NCBI GenBank assembly: GCA_965249625.1
Contig: OZ252246.1
Location: forward strand, 2,258,236-2,322,235
Length of the DNA: 64,000 nt
Direction of reading: 5' to 3'
From: Nitrospinales bacterium
GTDB taxonomy: Bacteria; Nitrospinota; Nitrospinia; Nitrospinales; VA-1
Below are positions 28,891 through 36,745 of this stretch, piece by piece. Numbering within the stretch: position 1 is the first letter of the stretch; each line of letters begins with the position of its first letter. The notes beneath the pieces were generated by a model that saw only the letters and a list, made by a program, of their open reading frames with translations, made no database searches and had not been told where the DNA came from. Both the position numbers and the translations under genes were made by a program.

Positions 28891-29502
28891 TTGATCGTTG
28901 TGGAATTCGCACTTCAAATTATGTGGTTTACCTACCCCGATGACTTTCGCTGGAGTTTGGATGCCGAACAGGGTTACGGCACCCATTTTTCTACCATACA
29001 GCTTTATATTCTGGGTCTGGTTGTAATGATGGCGGCTTGGGCCGATTACGGCAAGAAAGCCGGTTGGAAAGAAAAACTGCCATGGTATTTGGTCGCCAGT
29101 GTTTATTTTTATATCGGCCTGGATGATTGTATCGGCATCCACGACAATATTTCATGGAGCCGGAGCCTGTTCCCCGAGTCAACGGTCTTTCACTTTATTT
29201 ACGAATGGTTGTGGTTCTATGCCCCTATTATTGTGGTTGTGGTCATTTTTCTCAGCCGCTTCTTTTTAAAAAAATTCCGCTATTCACCGGGAATCCTTGC
29301 CACAATGTTTGCGGCCTTAACTTTCTGGATATCGGTTCTTCTGCTTGAAGGACTGGCCAAAAATATTGTGTACCCGATGGGATTAGATTACAAACGATTG
29401 TTAATCAGTATTGAGGAGGGGTCTGAAATGTTAGGGGCGACCCTCTTTATGCTGGGATTCAGCAAGCATCTTAAAAATATCACGGAGAACCTCCGCAGGT
29501 GA
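28891..29502 (+). CDS. Integral membrane protein, unknown function
   Basis: 203-aa ORF with several hydrophobic segments; start overlaps a small upstream membrane ORF (28664..28894) by 4 nt; no recognised domain. Confidence 0.5.
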   Translation: MIVVEFALQIMWFTYPDDFRWSLDAEQGYGTHFSTIQLYILGLVVMMAAWADYGKKAGWKEKLPWYLVASVYFYIGLDDCIGIHDNISWSRSLFPESTVFHFIYEWLWFYAPIIVVVVIFLSRFFLKKFRYSPGILATMFAALTFWISVLLLEGLAKNIVYPMGLDYKRLLISIEEGSEMLGATLFMLGFSKHLKNITENLRR

Positions 29503-29530
29503 ATTGCAATAGCTTTTTACCCCTCCAGGG

Positions 29531-30433
29531 CTAGTGGTTCAAACTGTATTCCAGATAAGCGCGTTGAATATTCGCGTCCAGCCAGTCCAGGTTTTTCCAG
29601 CCTTTATATTTTTCCATTAAAACCGGCCGGACCGCATCCTGAGTTTCCTTGAGGGACTTGCCTTCTCCCAACTGTTTGAGGACCATTGTTTTAAGATTAA
29701 TCAGGTAATGCTTCATCGCCAGAAACACCGGCTTGCCGCCCGGTTCGCCGTGGCCCGGGATATAAATTTCCGCATCCAGATCACCCAACTTATTCATGGC
29801 AGAAAGCCAATCCTCTATATAAGCGTCTCCCATGTACGGAATTTTTCCGTTAAAAACCAGGTCGCCGGTAATCAGGGTCTTCAGTTCCTCAATATAAATG
29901 AACAAGTCCCCATCCGTGTGCCCCCGCACATGAATCAACTGTAAATTATACCCGCCGACAAAGATTTCCATTCTTTCCTTAAAAATCATATTTGGCGGAG
30001 TGATGACCGTCTCATCCATTCCGGGAATATTCATGGTCTTGAAAAAATCCAGATGCCCCTTGCCGGAAGAACCCATCAGGCTCTTGCGAACATTTTCATG
30101 GGCAATGATGGCTCGACTGTCTTTAAATATCTGGTTACCAAAAGTGTGATCCCCGTGATAATGCGTGTTGATCGTATAAAGGATGGGGAGATCCGTTTGC
30201 TTACGAATTTCTGCCAGCACTTTTTCTGCTTCCTTCGGGGTCACCCGGGTATCCACCACAACGACTCCGTCACGGGTGATGAGAAAGGTGGTGTTCGAAT
30301 CTACCCCCTCTCCATTCACAACCGTGAAAAGGTTCTTCCACACCTCAACGGTTTTAGAACCTTCCGCGCTGCAGACCCCGCCCAGAACGCTGACAAACAA
30401 CCCCACGCCGATCAGCCATCTTAATCCCACCAT
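29531..30433 (-). CDS. Secreted MBL-fold metallo-hydrolase
   Basis: Signal peptide; INTHYHGDHTFGN (HxHxDH), HVRGHTDGD, PGHGEPG. Confidence 0.85.
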   Translation of the reverse strand: MVGLRWLIGVGLFVSVLGGVCSAEGSKTVEVWKNLFTVVNGEGVDSNTTFLITRDGVVVVDTRVTPKEAEKVLAEIRKQTDLPILYTINTHYHGDHTFGNQIFKDSRAIIAHENVRKSLMGSSGKGHLDFFKTMNIPGMDETVITPPNMIFKERMEIFVGGYNLQLIHVRGHTDGDLFIYIEELKTLITGDLVFNGKIPYMGDAYIEDWLSAMNKLGDLDAEIYIPGHGEPGGKPVFLAMKHYLINLKTMVLKQLGEGKSLKETQDAVRPVLMEKYKGWKNLDWLDANIQRAYLEYSLNH

Positions 30434-30612
30434 ATCAATCCCCTGAAAAACGGTTTATACCCATTGGTTATGGAAATGAGGCAACATGGTAGCATTTCCC
30501 CCCTTGCCAGGCAACCACTAGCCCACTCGCCGTGGGGGCAAATTGCAATATCTTTTTCTGGCTAGCAACGATGTTCTCGGCTCGCTCAAGCCCCTGCTAA
30601 TTCCCTCCCACG

Positions 30613-30743
30613 GAGACCTTTGCGTAAGTCGTCATTGCGAAAGCAGGAATTTCCCCTCCCTTCATAGGGAGGGGTTAGGGGAGGGTTGGATTATGGATCG
30701 TCAAAAACAATCCACACCCCTCCGCAGCTACGCCTTGCCTCCC
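30613..30743. repeat. Degenerate one-ended MITE-like element
   Basis: Begins GAGACCTTTGCGTAAGTCG (same as the B-type MITE end at 60907 and 32100) but lacks a matching second end; contains the hairpin CCCCTCCCTTCATAGGGAGGGG. Confidence 0.45.
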
Positions 30744-30752
30744 CTCTCATGA

Positions 30753-31925
30753 GAGACCTTTGCATAAGTATAGCATTTGGAGACAGGTTATAATGCGTTG
30801 AGGTATTTTTTTAACGATTGCTGGAGGAATGGGAATGCAAAAGCAACTGGGTCAGTTAAGCTTCGCGGATGATTTGGTGAACGGGGCAACGAATTTTCTT
30901 TCAGAAGTGGATAAGGTTTTGGACTTCAGCCTTCTGGAAAAGGAGTTGTCAGGGATTTATAGCTGCAATACGGGCCGCCCGTCTTATCCGCTGGTTCTTT
31001 TATTCAAAACCCTTTTGCTGCAACAATGGTACAACCTTTCCGATCCTGGCATGGAAGAAGCGTTGTCGGACCGGATCAGCTTTCGCCGTTTTGCGGGTTT
31101 GAGTTTGTCCGATGCGGTTCCCGATCATTCGACGATCAGCCGGTTTCGTTCTCAACTGGGAGACCGTTACGACAAGTTATTGTCCTCGTTAAATACCCAG
31201 TTTGAATCGCAGGGCTTTGTGATCAAACAGGGAACGATGCTGGACGCATCGTTTGTTCGCTCTTCCAGTCCGAAAAAAGCGGTAGACCCTGAGGCGGGGA
31301 CTTATGGTTCCCGCAAAAAAGACAATGTCTGCGGTTACAAGATGCATACGGCAGTAGATCGGAAGTCTGGATTGGTTCGCCGTGTGATCATCACCCCGGC
31401 CAATGTCAATGACACGACACCGGCCGATGACCTGGTGATGGGTGATGAGAAAGCGGTTTACGCGGACAAGGCTTATGACAAACACTCCCGGCGCAAGGAA
31501 CTTCAGGAACGCGGTATTTTTGTTGGCATCATGCATCGGCCCAATCAGTATCATCCCCTGAAACCTGCTCAGACCGCATTCAACAAACGCATGACTAAAT
31601 TACGCGCTCCCGTAGAACATGTCTTCGGTATCCTTAAGAACCATTACCGGTTGCGCAGGGCACGCTATATCGGGTTGACGCGGACAGCGGTTCAAATCAC
31701 CCTGGTTTGCATGGCCATGAATATAAAACGATGTCTTGTTTTAGCGCGAACACGGGAAACTCTGGCTTGAGAGAGGAAAGCGCCGGGGGAACATGGAAAA
31801 CGGCAAAGCGAATAGCAATAAAAACTATATGCCTCAAAGAAGATTACTCAAACAATAGCGTTTCACTCTCAACTTCAACACCGTTTAATAAAAATTACTG
31901 AAATACCCTCTTATGCAAAGGTCTC
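30753..31925 (+). mobile_element. IS5-family insertion sequence (1173 bp)
   Basis: Perfect 16-bp terminal inverted repeats GAGACCTTTGCATAAG; flanked by the direct repeat CTCTCATGA (30744-30752 and 31926-31934); single DDE transposase ORF. Confidence 0.85.
30829..31770 (+). CDS. IS5-family DDE transposase
   Basis: Collinear with IS5 InsH from memory: QLSFAD, RPSYPLVLLFKTLLLQQWYNLSDPGMEEAL, VPDHSTISRFR, GYKMHTAVD, YADKAYD, RAPVEHVFGILK. Confidence 0.9.
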   Translation: MGMQKQLGQLSFADDLVNGATNFLSEVDKVLDFSLLEKELSGIYSCNTGRPSYPLVLLFKTLLLQQWYNLSDPGMEEALSDRISFRRFAGLSLSDAVPDHSTISRFRSQLGDRYDKLLSSLNTQFESQGFVIKQGTMLDASFVRSSSPKKAVDPEAGTYGSRKKDNVCGYKMHTAVDRKSGLVRRVIITPANVNDTTPADDLVMGDEKAVYADKAYDKHSRRKELQERGIFVGIMHRPNQYHPLKPAQTAFNKRMTKLRAPVEHVFGILKNHYRLRRARYIGLTRTAVQITLVCMAMNIKRCLVLARTRETLA

Positions 31926-31934
31926 CTCTCATGA

Positions 31935-32100
31935 GAGACCTTTGCATAACCCCGGATTCTTCGTCACCTTGTTCCTCAAGAATGACAAATAGCCTTGTAT
32001 TGTCATTCTGAACGCAGTGAAGACGTGATATTTTTCCTTAACCTTCGTGCCCCGAAGGGGTAATCTCGCTTTTCTGTTTTTTTCGACTTACGCAGCTCTC
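31935..32100. mobile_element. MITE (166 bp), A-type end GAGACCTTTGCATAAC / B-type end CTTACGCAGCTCTC
   Basis: Flanked by CTCTCATGA on both sides (31926-31934, 32101-32109); reverse complement is collinear with the copy at 60907. Confidence 0.75.
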
Positions 32101-32110
32101 CTCTCATGAG

Positions 32111-32239
32111 GAGACCTTTGCATAACCCTGGATTCTTCGTCGCTAACGCTCCTCCAGAATGACAAACCTGCGTTTCTTGTCATTCTGAACGGAGTGAAGA
32201 ATCTCGCCTTTACGCTTTTTCGACTTATGCAAAGGTCTC
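32111..32239. mobile_element. MITE (129 bp), divergent member of the same family
   Basis: GAGACCTTTGCATAACCCTGG ... CGACTTATGCAAAGGTCTC; flanked by TCTCATGAG on both sides (32102-32110, 32240-32248). Confidence 0.7.
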
Positions 32240-32323
32240 TCTCATGAGGGGAGGATCAATGAGAGTCTCGGCTTACACAAAGCCCTCCTTTAACCCTTTG
32301 AACAATTATGCTAATTTATTACC

Positions 32324-32779
32324 ATGGGTGCCTTGAGCAAAAAGAAATATGATTTTCTTTTGTATCTATTGGAAGAAGGCGATGCCATGGTTTGCCTCGA
32401 CGCCCGGCACCAGGAAGTGGATGTTCCAGCGGACCAAAAAAATAATTCATCGCTGAACCTGATATTCAACCTTAATTTCGGGCACCCGCTTGAAATAACA
32501 GAGGAAGGGATTTTTGCCACGCTGGCCTTCGACGGCAGACCCTATAAATGCTCCCTTCCCTATGACGCGGTATGGGCCATATACGACCCCAAAATGAAGA
32601 ACGGTCAGGTGTGGGAAGAAAGCATCCCCGAAGATATGAACCTGACAGATCAAGTGATGGGTGACCAGCCAGAAAAATCCCTGTCAAAACTGAAATCAGT
32701 GAAATCAAGCAGCAAACCTTCCAAGGACACCAAACCCGAAGGTAAGCGCGACCGCAGCCACCTTCGAGTCATCAAATAA
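32324..32779 (+). CDS. sspB: SspB-like ClpXP adaptor protein
   Basis: Core LNLIFNLNFGHPLEITEEGIFATLAFDGRPYKCSLPYDAVWAIYD aligns with E. coli SspB (from memory); disordered Ser/Lys-rich tail ending LRVIK (ClpX-binding LRVVK-type motif). Confidence 0.75.
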   Translation: MGALSKKKYDFLLYLLEEGDAMVCLDARHQEVDVPADQKNNSSLNLIFNLNFGHPLEITEEGIFATLAFDGRPYKCSLPYDAVWAIYDPKMKNGQVWEESIPEDMNLTDQVMGDQPEKSLSKLKSVKSSSKPSKDTKPEGKRDRSHLRVIK

Positions 32780-32869
32780 TTGTTCAGGACCGTTACCATA
32801 TCCTTTACAAAGGTTTGAGGATAGATTACACTCTGCCTCTGCTGAATCGAGTCTAAATAGAAAAATAAT

Positions 32870-32946
32870 GGTGGGCGTAGCTCAGTTGGTAGAGCTCTCG
32901 GTTGTGGTCCGAGTGGTCGCGGGTTCAAGCCCCGTCGCTCACCCCA
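32870..32946 (+). tRNA. tRNA-His (GUG), CCA encoded
   Basis: Cloverleaf by hand: G-1, acceptor GTGGGCG/CGCTCAC, anticodon arm CTCGG-TTGTGGT-CCGAG, T arm GCGGG-TTCAAGC-CCCGT, CCCA end. Confidence 0.9.
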
Positions 32947-32967
32947 TTTTTTGGCTATTATAGCCTT

Positions 32968-33133
32968 GTGATATCCTCTTCCCTAGCCTTCATGCCATTG
33001 GCTTCTGCCCTATAGAGTATGATGATATCTCCCACTTAAGCTTTCGTGAGCGTGTGATATCCCCAACCTTAACCTCATGCCCTATAGGGGTATGTTATAA
33101 CCCCTCCTATAACTTCATGCCCGGGACGGGTAG
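32968..33133. repeat. Tandem REP-like hairpin units directly after tRNA-His
   Basis: Three to four units of GTGATATCC..(C)TTCATGCCC-N-GGG(TA); related copies at 13179-13218 and, inverted, at 37201-37265; the hairpin core resembles the TTCGTGCCCCGAAGGGGTA inside the MITEs. Confidence 0.55.
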
Positions 33134-33236
33134 AAAGGGTAAACCCTTTTTAAATTATAGAAATCTTTCTGCGGTAATTTTGATGAAATTGGGAAGGCCT
33201 ATCATAAAAAATAATCAGAAAGGTGGGTCAAGAATC

Positions 33237-34655
33237 TTAATTGAAAGCGCGTAACTTGGTTTTTAAATATTCCTTAATTTCAGTACGCTTACTAATGTCA
33301 CTTTCTTTAAAAAGAATATAAAAGCGAATTGAAGTGAATTTTTTCATACCAATTACGTTCATTAAGGAACCTTTGGTTTCAGTAATCGGTTTAGAATCTG
33401 AACCATTATCATTAGCTATTTTAATTAACTGCTCATATTTGTCTTGGTCTTCAGAATTATGTTCACTTAATTTAGAAGCAAGCATATGGGAACCGAATGC
33501 TGTAATAGGGTTTTTAATTCTAGTCCACAAGTAAATCCGTTCTTGTTCAATTGAAAATCTCTTAGATACTTCGACAACTTCTTTATTAGCAAGTGCTACA
33601 GCATCTTCAATATTTTTATCATCTCTATCGACAAATTCTTCAGAATCTCCAACTAATCTGGGAGGGTTTCTTTCGAGAATTGAATCTATTTTTAAATTCA
33701 AGATTTCTTCCGTTGAATTCTTTTTCAATTCCCTTATTTTACTTAAAACAAAAGAATCATCAAAATATGACCACTCTTGGTTCCTCAAACTCTCTCTTAG
33801 TTTTTCCTTTGAGCAATCAATAATTTCTTTGTCAAGTAGAGCTTGAATAATATCTTTTAATACCAGCTCTAAAGCAACAACCGTTTTGTGGTAAGCAACC
33901 TGTAAACGATCAAAATGACGGCAAAGCAGGAAATGATCTGCTGCTCTCAAAGCCTTTTTGGAAAGACATAATTTATTATTCTTATCTACCAGCATTTGCG
34001 TGATTAGATAATCAATATCTACATTTCCAAATGGAAGACCGGTATGACAGGCAGTCCTTATTAGGAAGTCAATTCGATCTGCATCTAAATCTGAGCTAAT
34101 TAAATTTTGAAACTGGTGCCCCCCCTCTCTCCGAATAATAGAAGCAATCTCTTTAGGTTCAAAGCCAGCATCCCTAAGAATTTTGTTAATTTCAGGGTCT
34201 AGTTCAAGAATTCTTTTTCCCAATACCTCGTGAGAATAAAAATCTTTAGCCTGATCTTCACCTTCCCCTTTTGGATCAGAAATTTTTGGTTCATAAATCG
34301 TTTGTGTGTAAAAATTCCCAATTGCTTCTTCCATTGCATGTGAAAAGGGATAATGCCCAACATCGTGCAAAAGAGCTGCCAGACGATATTTTTGCATTTC
34401 TTCAGGGGAAAGTTGGGTGGATTGTTTTCCAATTAATTCATTCAAAATCCTTCCAGTAATGTGGCAAACCCCCAACGAGTGAGAAAATCTAGAAAAATCG
34501 GTCCCTGGGTAGACATAATGCGCTAATCCCAATTGCTTAACATTTCTAAGCCTTTGGAAAATTTTGGTTTGAATGATACTGCCTTCTAAATTGGATAGCT
34601 TGATCGTCTTATGAACGAGATCGGTAATATTTAATGGCAGGAGGAGGTTTGGCAC
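33237..34655 (-). CDS. SAMHD1/YwfO-like HD-domain phosphohydrolase (putative dNTP triphosphohydrolase)
   Basis: FSRFSHSLGVCH, LAALLHDVGHYPFSHAME, SSDLDADRIDFLIRT give the H..HD..D metal site of COG1078-type HD proteins; 472 aa with a long helical C-terminal region. Confidence 0.85.
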   Translation of the reverse strand: MPNLLLPLNITDLVHKTIKLSNLEGSIIQTKIFQRLRNVKQLGLAHYVYPGTDFSRFSHSLGVCHITGRILNELIGKQSTQLSPEEMQKYRLAALLHDVGHYPFSHAMEEAIGNFYTQTIYEPKISDPKGEGEDQAKDFYSHEVLGKRILELDPEINKILRDAGFEPKEIASIIRREGGHQFQNLISSDLDADRIDFLIRTACHTGLPFGNVDIDYLITQMLVDKNNKLCLSKKALRAADHFLLCRHFDRLQVAYHKTVVALELVLKDIIQALLDKEIIDCSKEKLRESLRNQEWSYFDDSFVLSKIRELKKNSTEEILNLKIDSILERNPPRLVGDSEEFVDRDDKNIEDAVALANKEVVEVSKRFSIEQERIYLWTRIKNPITAFGSHMLASKLSEHNSEDQDKYEQLIKIANDNGSDSKPITETKGSLMNVIGMKKFTSIRFYILFKESDISKRTEIKEYLKTKLRAFN

Positions 34656-34663
34656 GTAAAGAG

Positions 34664-35149
34664 CTAATTTAATAAACCAGCTTCTGACAATCGGGTGTCT
34701 GCTAACTCAAGGGAATCAATAAGGTGGGGTTTTTCTTCTTTCAGTGTATCTTGAGCTTCATTTTTGTTACAACCTCTCACTCCAATTAGGTAATGATAGG
34801 AAGCAACAAGTTCAAGCCATTCCTCATCTGCCAAAGAAGAAGCCTCTGGTTTTTCTAGTAAAGGATAAATATTATCAAGTTTTTCTCTAATCGAGGTTTT
34901 AAGCTTCATTTTCTCAAAATCGTCTTCCCCAAGATTAATAGCTTCTTCTAATTCATAATAGTCTTTGGTCAATTTGGAACAGTAGGGGCCTTTTAAATAC
35001 CAACTAAATCTATAACCAAAATCAATGCCAGATAGTTGCCCCAGATAAACGGCTTTTTGAACTCGAACCCTATCCTCCAAGGAATTAATCTCTGAAGAAA
35101 CTCCGAGCTGATCCAAAAAAAGCTGTAAAGCAATCAATCTAGGTTTCAT
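34664..35149 (-). CDS. YwgA / Panacea (SocA, DUF4065)-like protein
   Basis: RVRVQKAVYLGQLSGIDFGYRFSWYLKGPYCSKL fits the xxQKxxYL...F.YxFxxYxxGPYSxxL pattern I recall for B. subtilis YwgA and DUF4065 proteins; only 8 nt upstream of the HD gene. Confidence 0.6.
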   Translation of the reverse strand: MKPRLIALQLFLDQLGVSSEINSLEDRVRVQKAVYLGQLSGIDFGYRFSWYLKGPYCSKLTKDYYELEEAINLGEDDFEKMKLKTSIREKLDNIYPLLEKPEASSLADEEWLELVASYHYLIGVRGCNKNEAQDTLKEEKPHLIDSLELADTRLSEAGLLN

Positions 35150-35388
35150 GCAAAAATAATCCTCAAATTTTACTGATTAAAAAAGGCTAAAATCTATTAA
35201 TTATCAATATGTTATAACTTCAAGGCCTGCTGTCCAGCGAACTCAGGTGGGAGAATGAAATGTTAATTTGTACTTGCTGTCCTTAAAAGCTTTAATTTTT
35301 TACCCCATTTCCACCATAGTGTCAACAGATTAAATATAATGGCACTTAGCCTATTTTACAAACTGCTTAGAGATAAAATTGCTTGAAA

Positions 35389-35406
35389 CATGTATAATTA
35401 TACATG
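35389..35406 (+). promoter_or_regulatory. Perfect 18-bp palindrome (candidate XRE operator) overlapping TATAAT and the XRE start codon
   Basis: CATGTATAATTATACATG is its own reverse complement; contains TATAAT (35393-35398) 5 nt before the ATG at 35404, implying a leaderless or very short-leader mRNA. Confidence 0.5.
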
Positions 35407-35649
35407 CCAAAAAAGCCAATTGATAGCTATACCCGCCAAAGAGGCCTTCTTTTTTCGCAAACCCTAAAAAAGGAAAGAAAGGCACAAAACCACACTCAAG
35501 ACCAACTAGCAAAAATGGCTAACGTTTCTCTCGATACTCTTTGATCTATAGAAAATGGTCGCACATCAAACCCAGGGTTATTTATTGCAGCAAACCTTGT
35601 TGAAGTTCTTAAGGGAGATTTGACAGAATGGGTCAACCGAGCCAAATAA
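35404..35649 (+). pseudogene. XRE-family HTH regulator interrupted by an in-frame TGA
   Basis: MPKKPIDSYTRQRGLLFSQTLKKERKAQNHTQDQLAKMANVSLDTL*SIENGRTSNPGLFIAANLVEVLKGDLTEW is a complete HTH_XRE domain; the TGA lies at 35542-35544. Confidence 0.6.
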
Positions 35650-36014
35650 GCATTAATTCCTATGCCCAAAAAACTAACTATTCACCACAAGATGACAAAG
35701 ATACATTTATCCGGATATTATGCGAGGATTATTTAAAAAAATCGAATAAAACCGAATTTATAAAATTATCAAACTCTAATTTAATACTAAAATTTAAATG
35801 GGGAAATCCTTTAGTTTTTGGAACACCTTCTTATTGGATTATTCAAACCCAATTAGTTTTATGGAATAAAAATTATTTTTCCTATGCTTTAGGCAAAAAC
35901 CTTTTCGAAGAAACTATAGCTTGTTTGTTGGGGGGTTATGGGATCCCAGCGGAAGTAGGATTAAAGGCTTTTGAAGAATTAAAATATCAAGGCCTGACTA
36001 CCTTCCCTTGCTGA
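35628..36014 (+). CDS. Hypothetical protein (128 aa), possibly a truncated OGG/HhH-fold protein
   Basis: C-terminal LFEETIACLLGGYGIPAEVGLKAFEELKYQGL resembles the start of HhH-GPD/OGG-fold proteins (weak, from memory); ORF overlaps the XRE 3' end and the RT 3' end. Confidence 0.35.
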   Translation: MGQPSQISINSYAQKTNYSPQDDKDTFIRILCEDYLKKSNKTEFIKLSNSNLILKFKWGNPLVFGTPSYWIIQTQLVLWNKNYFSYALGKNLFEETIACLLGGYGIPAEVGLKAFEELKYQGLTTFPC

Positions 36015-36745
36015 GGGCAAACACTTTTCACATAACCTATTATCGCCTCCGATCTTTTCGGATTTTCCAAGGAAACCGCATTCAAAAACTTATTGAAGCG
36101 ATCATGTTCAATTGCTCTTTTATATTGAGTTATGCTTATATTAAATGCACTTGATTTAAGCTGAAGAGGGTGCGACTTGTTTTGATTTAAAAGCAAACCA
36201 GCCTTTTCTATTGCTGCAACCAAATTTTCATAAGTCTTTGAAAGAGATGCCTCGTCGTTCGACGATATTATAAAATCATCAACATAAACAGAAATTGCAA
36301 CGTTTGGAAGGACACCTTTTCTCAAAAAATTTCCAATTGGTGATTTATCCATGCATAAGGTTGATAATATTTGAGATTGGACGAAACCAAATGGAAGAAT
36401 TCGCTTCGACGGATCTTCCTTTGAAACGACACAACTCCATTCAACAATATTTAATCTATGTTTATAAGAAAGATGAAAGGATCTTAAAACCCTAAGAACT
36501 CTACTTCTTAAAATACTTGAGAAAAAATTTTTAATATCTACCTTAGCAAAATAACGATTATCTTTATGGTCTAAGATTGCTGCAATATGCCCACCAGCTT
36601 TAAAATGATAACAGTAATCGGGGGGAGCCCAATATTTCAGGATGGTTTTAACAATCTCTTTGCCTTTTAAGCGGCAATTATCGCTTGGAACAAAAATCCA
36701 TCGTTTTTGAGGGGTCTTAAAGCAAAGATCGTAATTATGTTGCAT
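35987..36745 (-). CDS. Stand-alone reverse transcriptase (252 aa, RT core only)
   Basis: KRWIFVPSDNCRLKGKEIV (motifs 1-2), FAKVDIKNFFSSI (A), LPFGFVQSQILSTL (B), YVDDFIISS (C, nt 36275-36286), LLLNQNKS (D/E); no additional domains. Confidence 0.85.
   Translation of the reverse strand: MQHNYDLCFKTPQKRWIFVPSDNCRLKGKEIVKTILKYWAPPDYCYHFKAGGHIAAILDHKDNRYFAKVDIKNFFSSILRSRVLRVLRSFHLSYKHRLNIVEWSCVVSKEDPSKRILPFGFVQSQILSTLCMDKSPIGNFLRKGVLPNVAISVYVDDFIISSNDEASLSKTYENLVAAIEKAGLLLNQNKSHPLQLKSSAFNISITQYKRAIEHDRFNKFLNAVSLENPKRSEAIIGYVKSVCPQQGKVVRP

Noticed and set aside
30543-30752. 69-aa ORF upstream of the IS5-family element
   Set aside because: It is composed of REP-like and degenerate MITE sequence (30613-30743), so it is unlikely to be a gene.
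31926-33133. CRISPR-like array, because of closely spaced repeated blocks (CTCTCATGA-GAGACCTTTGCATAAC...; GTGATATCC units)
   Set aside because: - The repeats are 130-170-bp MITEs with inverted ends and irregular REP-like hairpin units.
- They are not short direct repeats with unique spacers of regular length.
- No cas genes are present in the window.
13927-35649. TGA recoding (Sec, Trp or Gly) suggested by in-frame TGAs at conserved positions in both the Hpt gene (14085) and the XRE gene (35542)
   Set aside because: - TGA clearly terminates well-supported genes in this window. Examples are the EF-hand gene at 2144, both large cytochromes at 16596 and 19310, and DUF1015 at 22045.
- The Hpt gene also carries a frameshift.
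- Pseudogenisation, or sequencing error, is the simpler reading.
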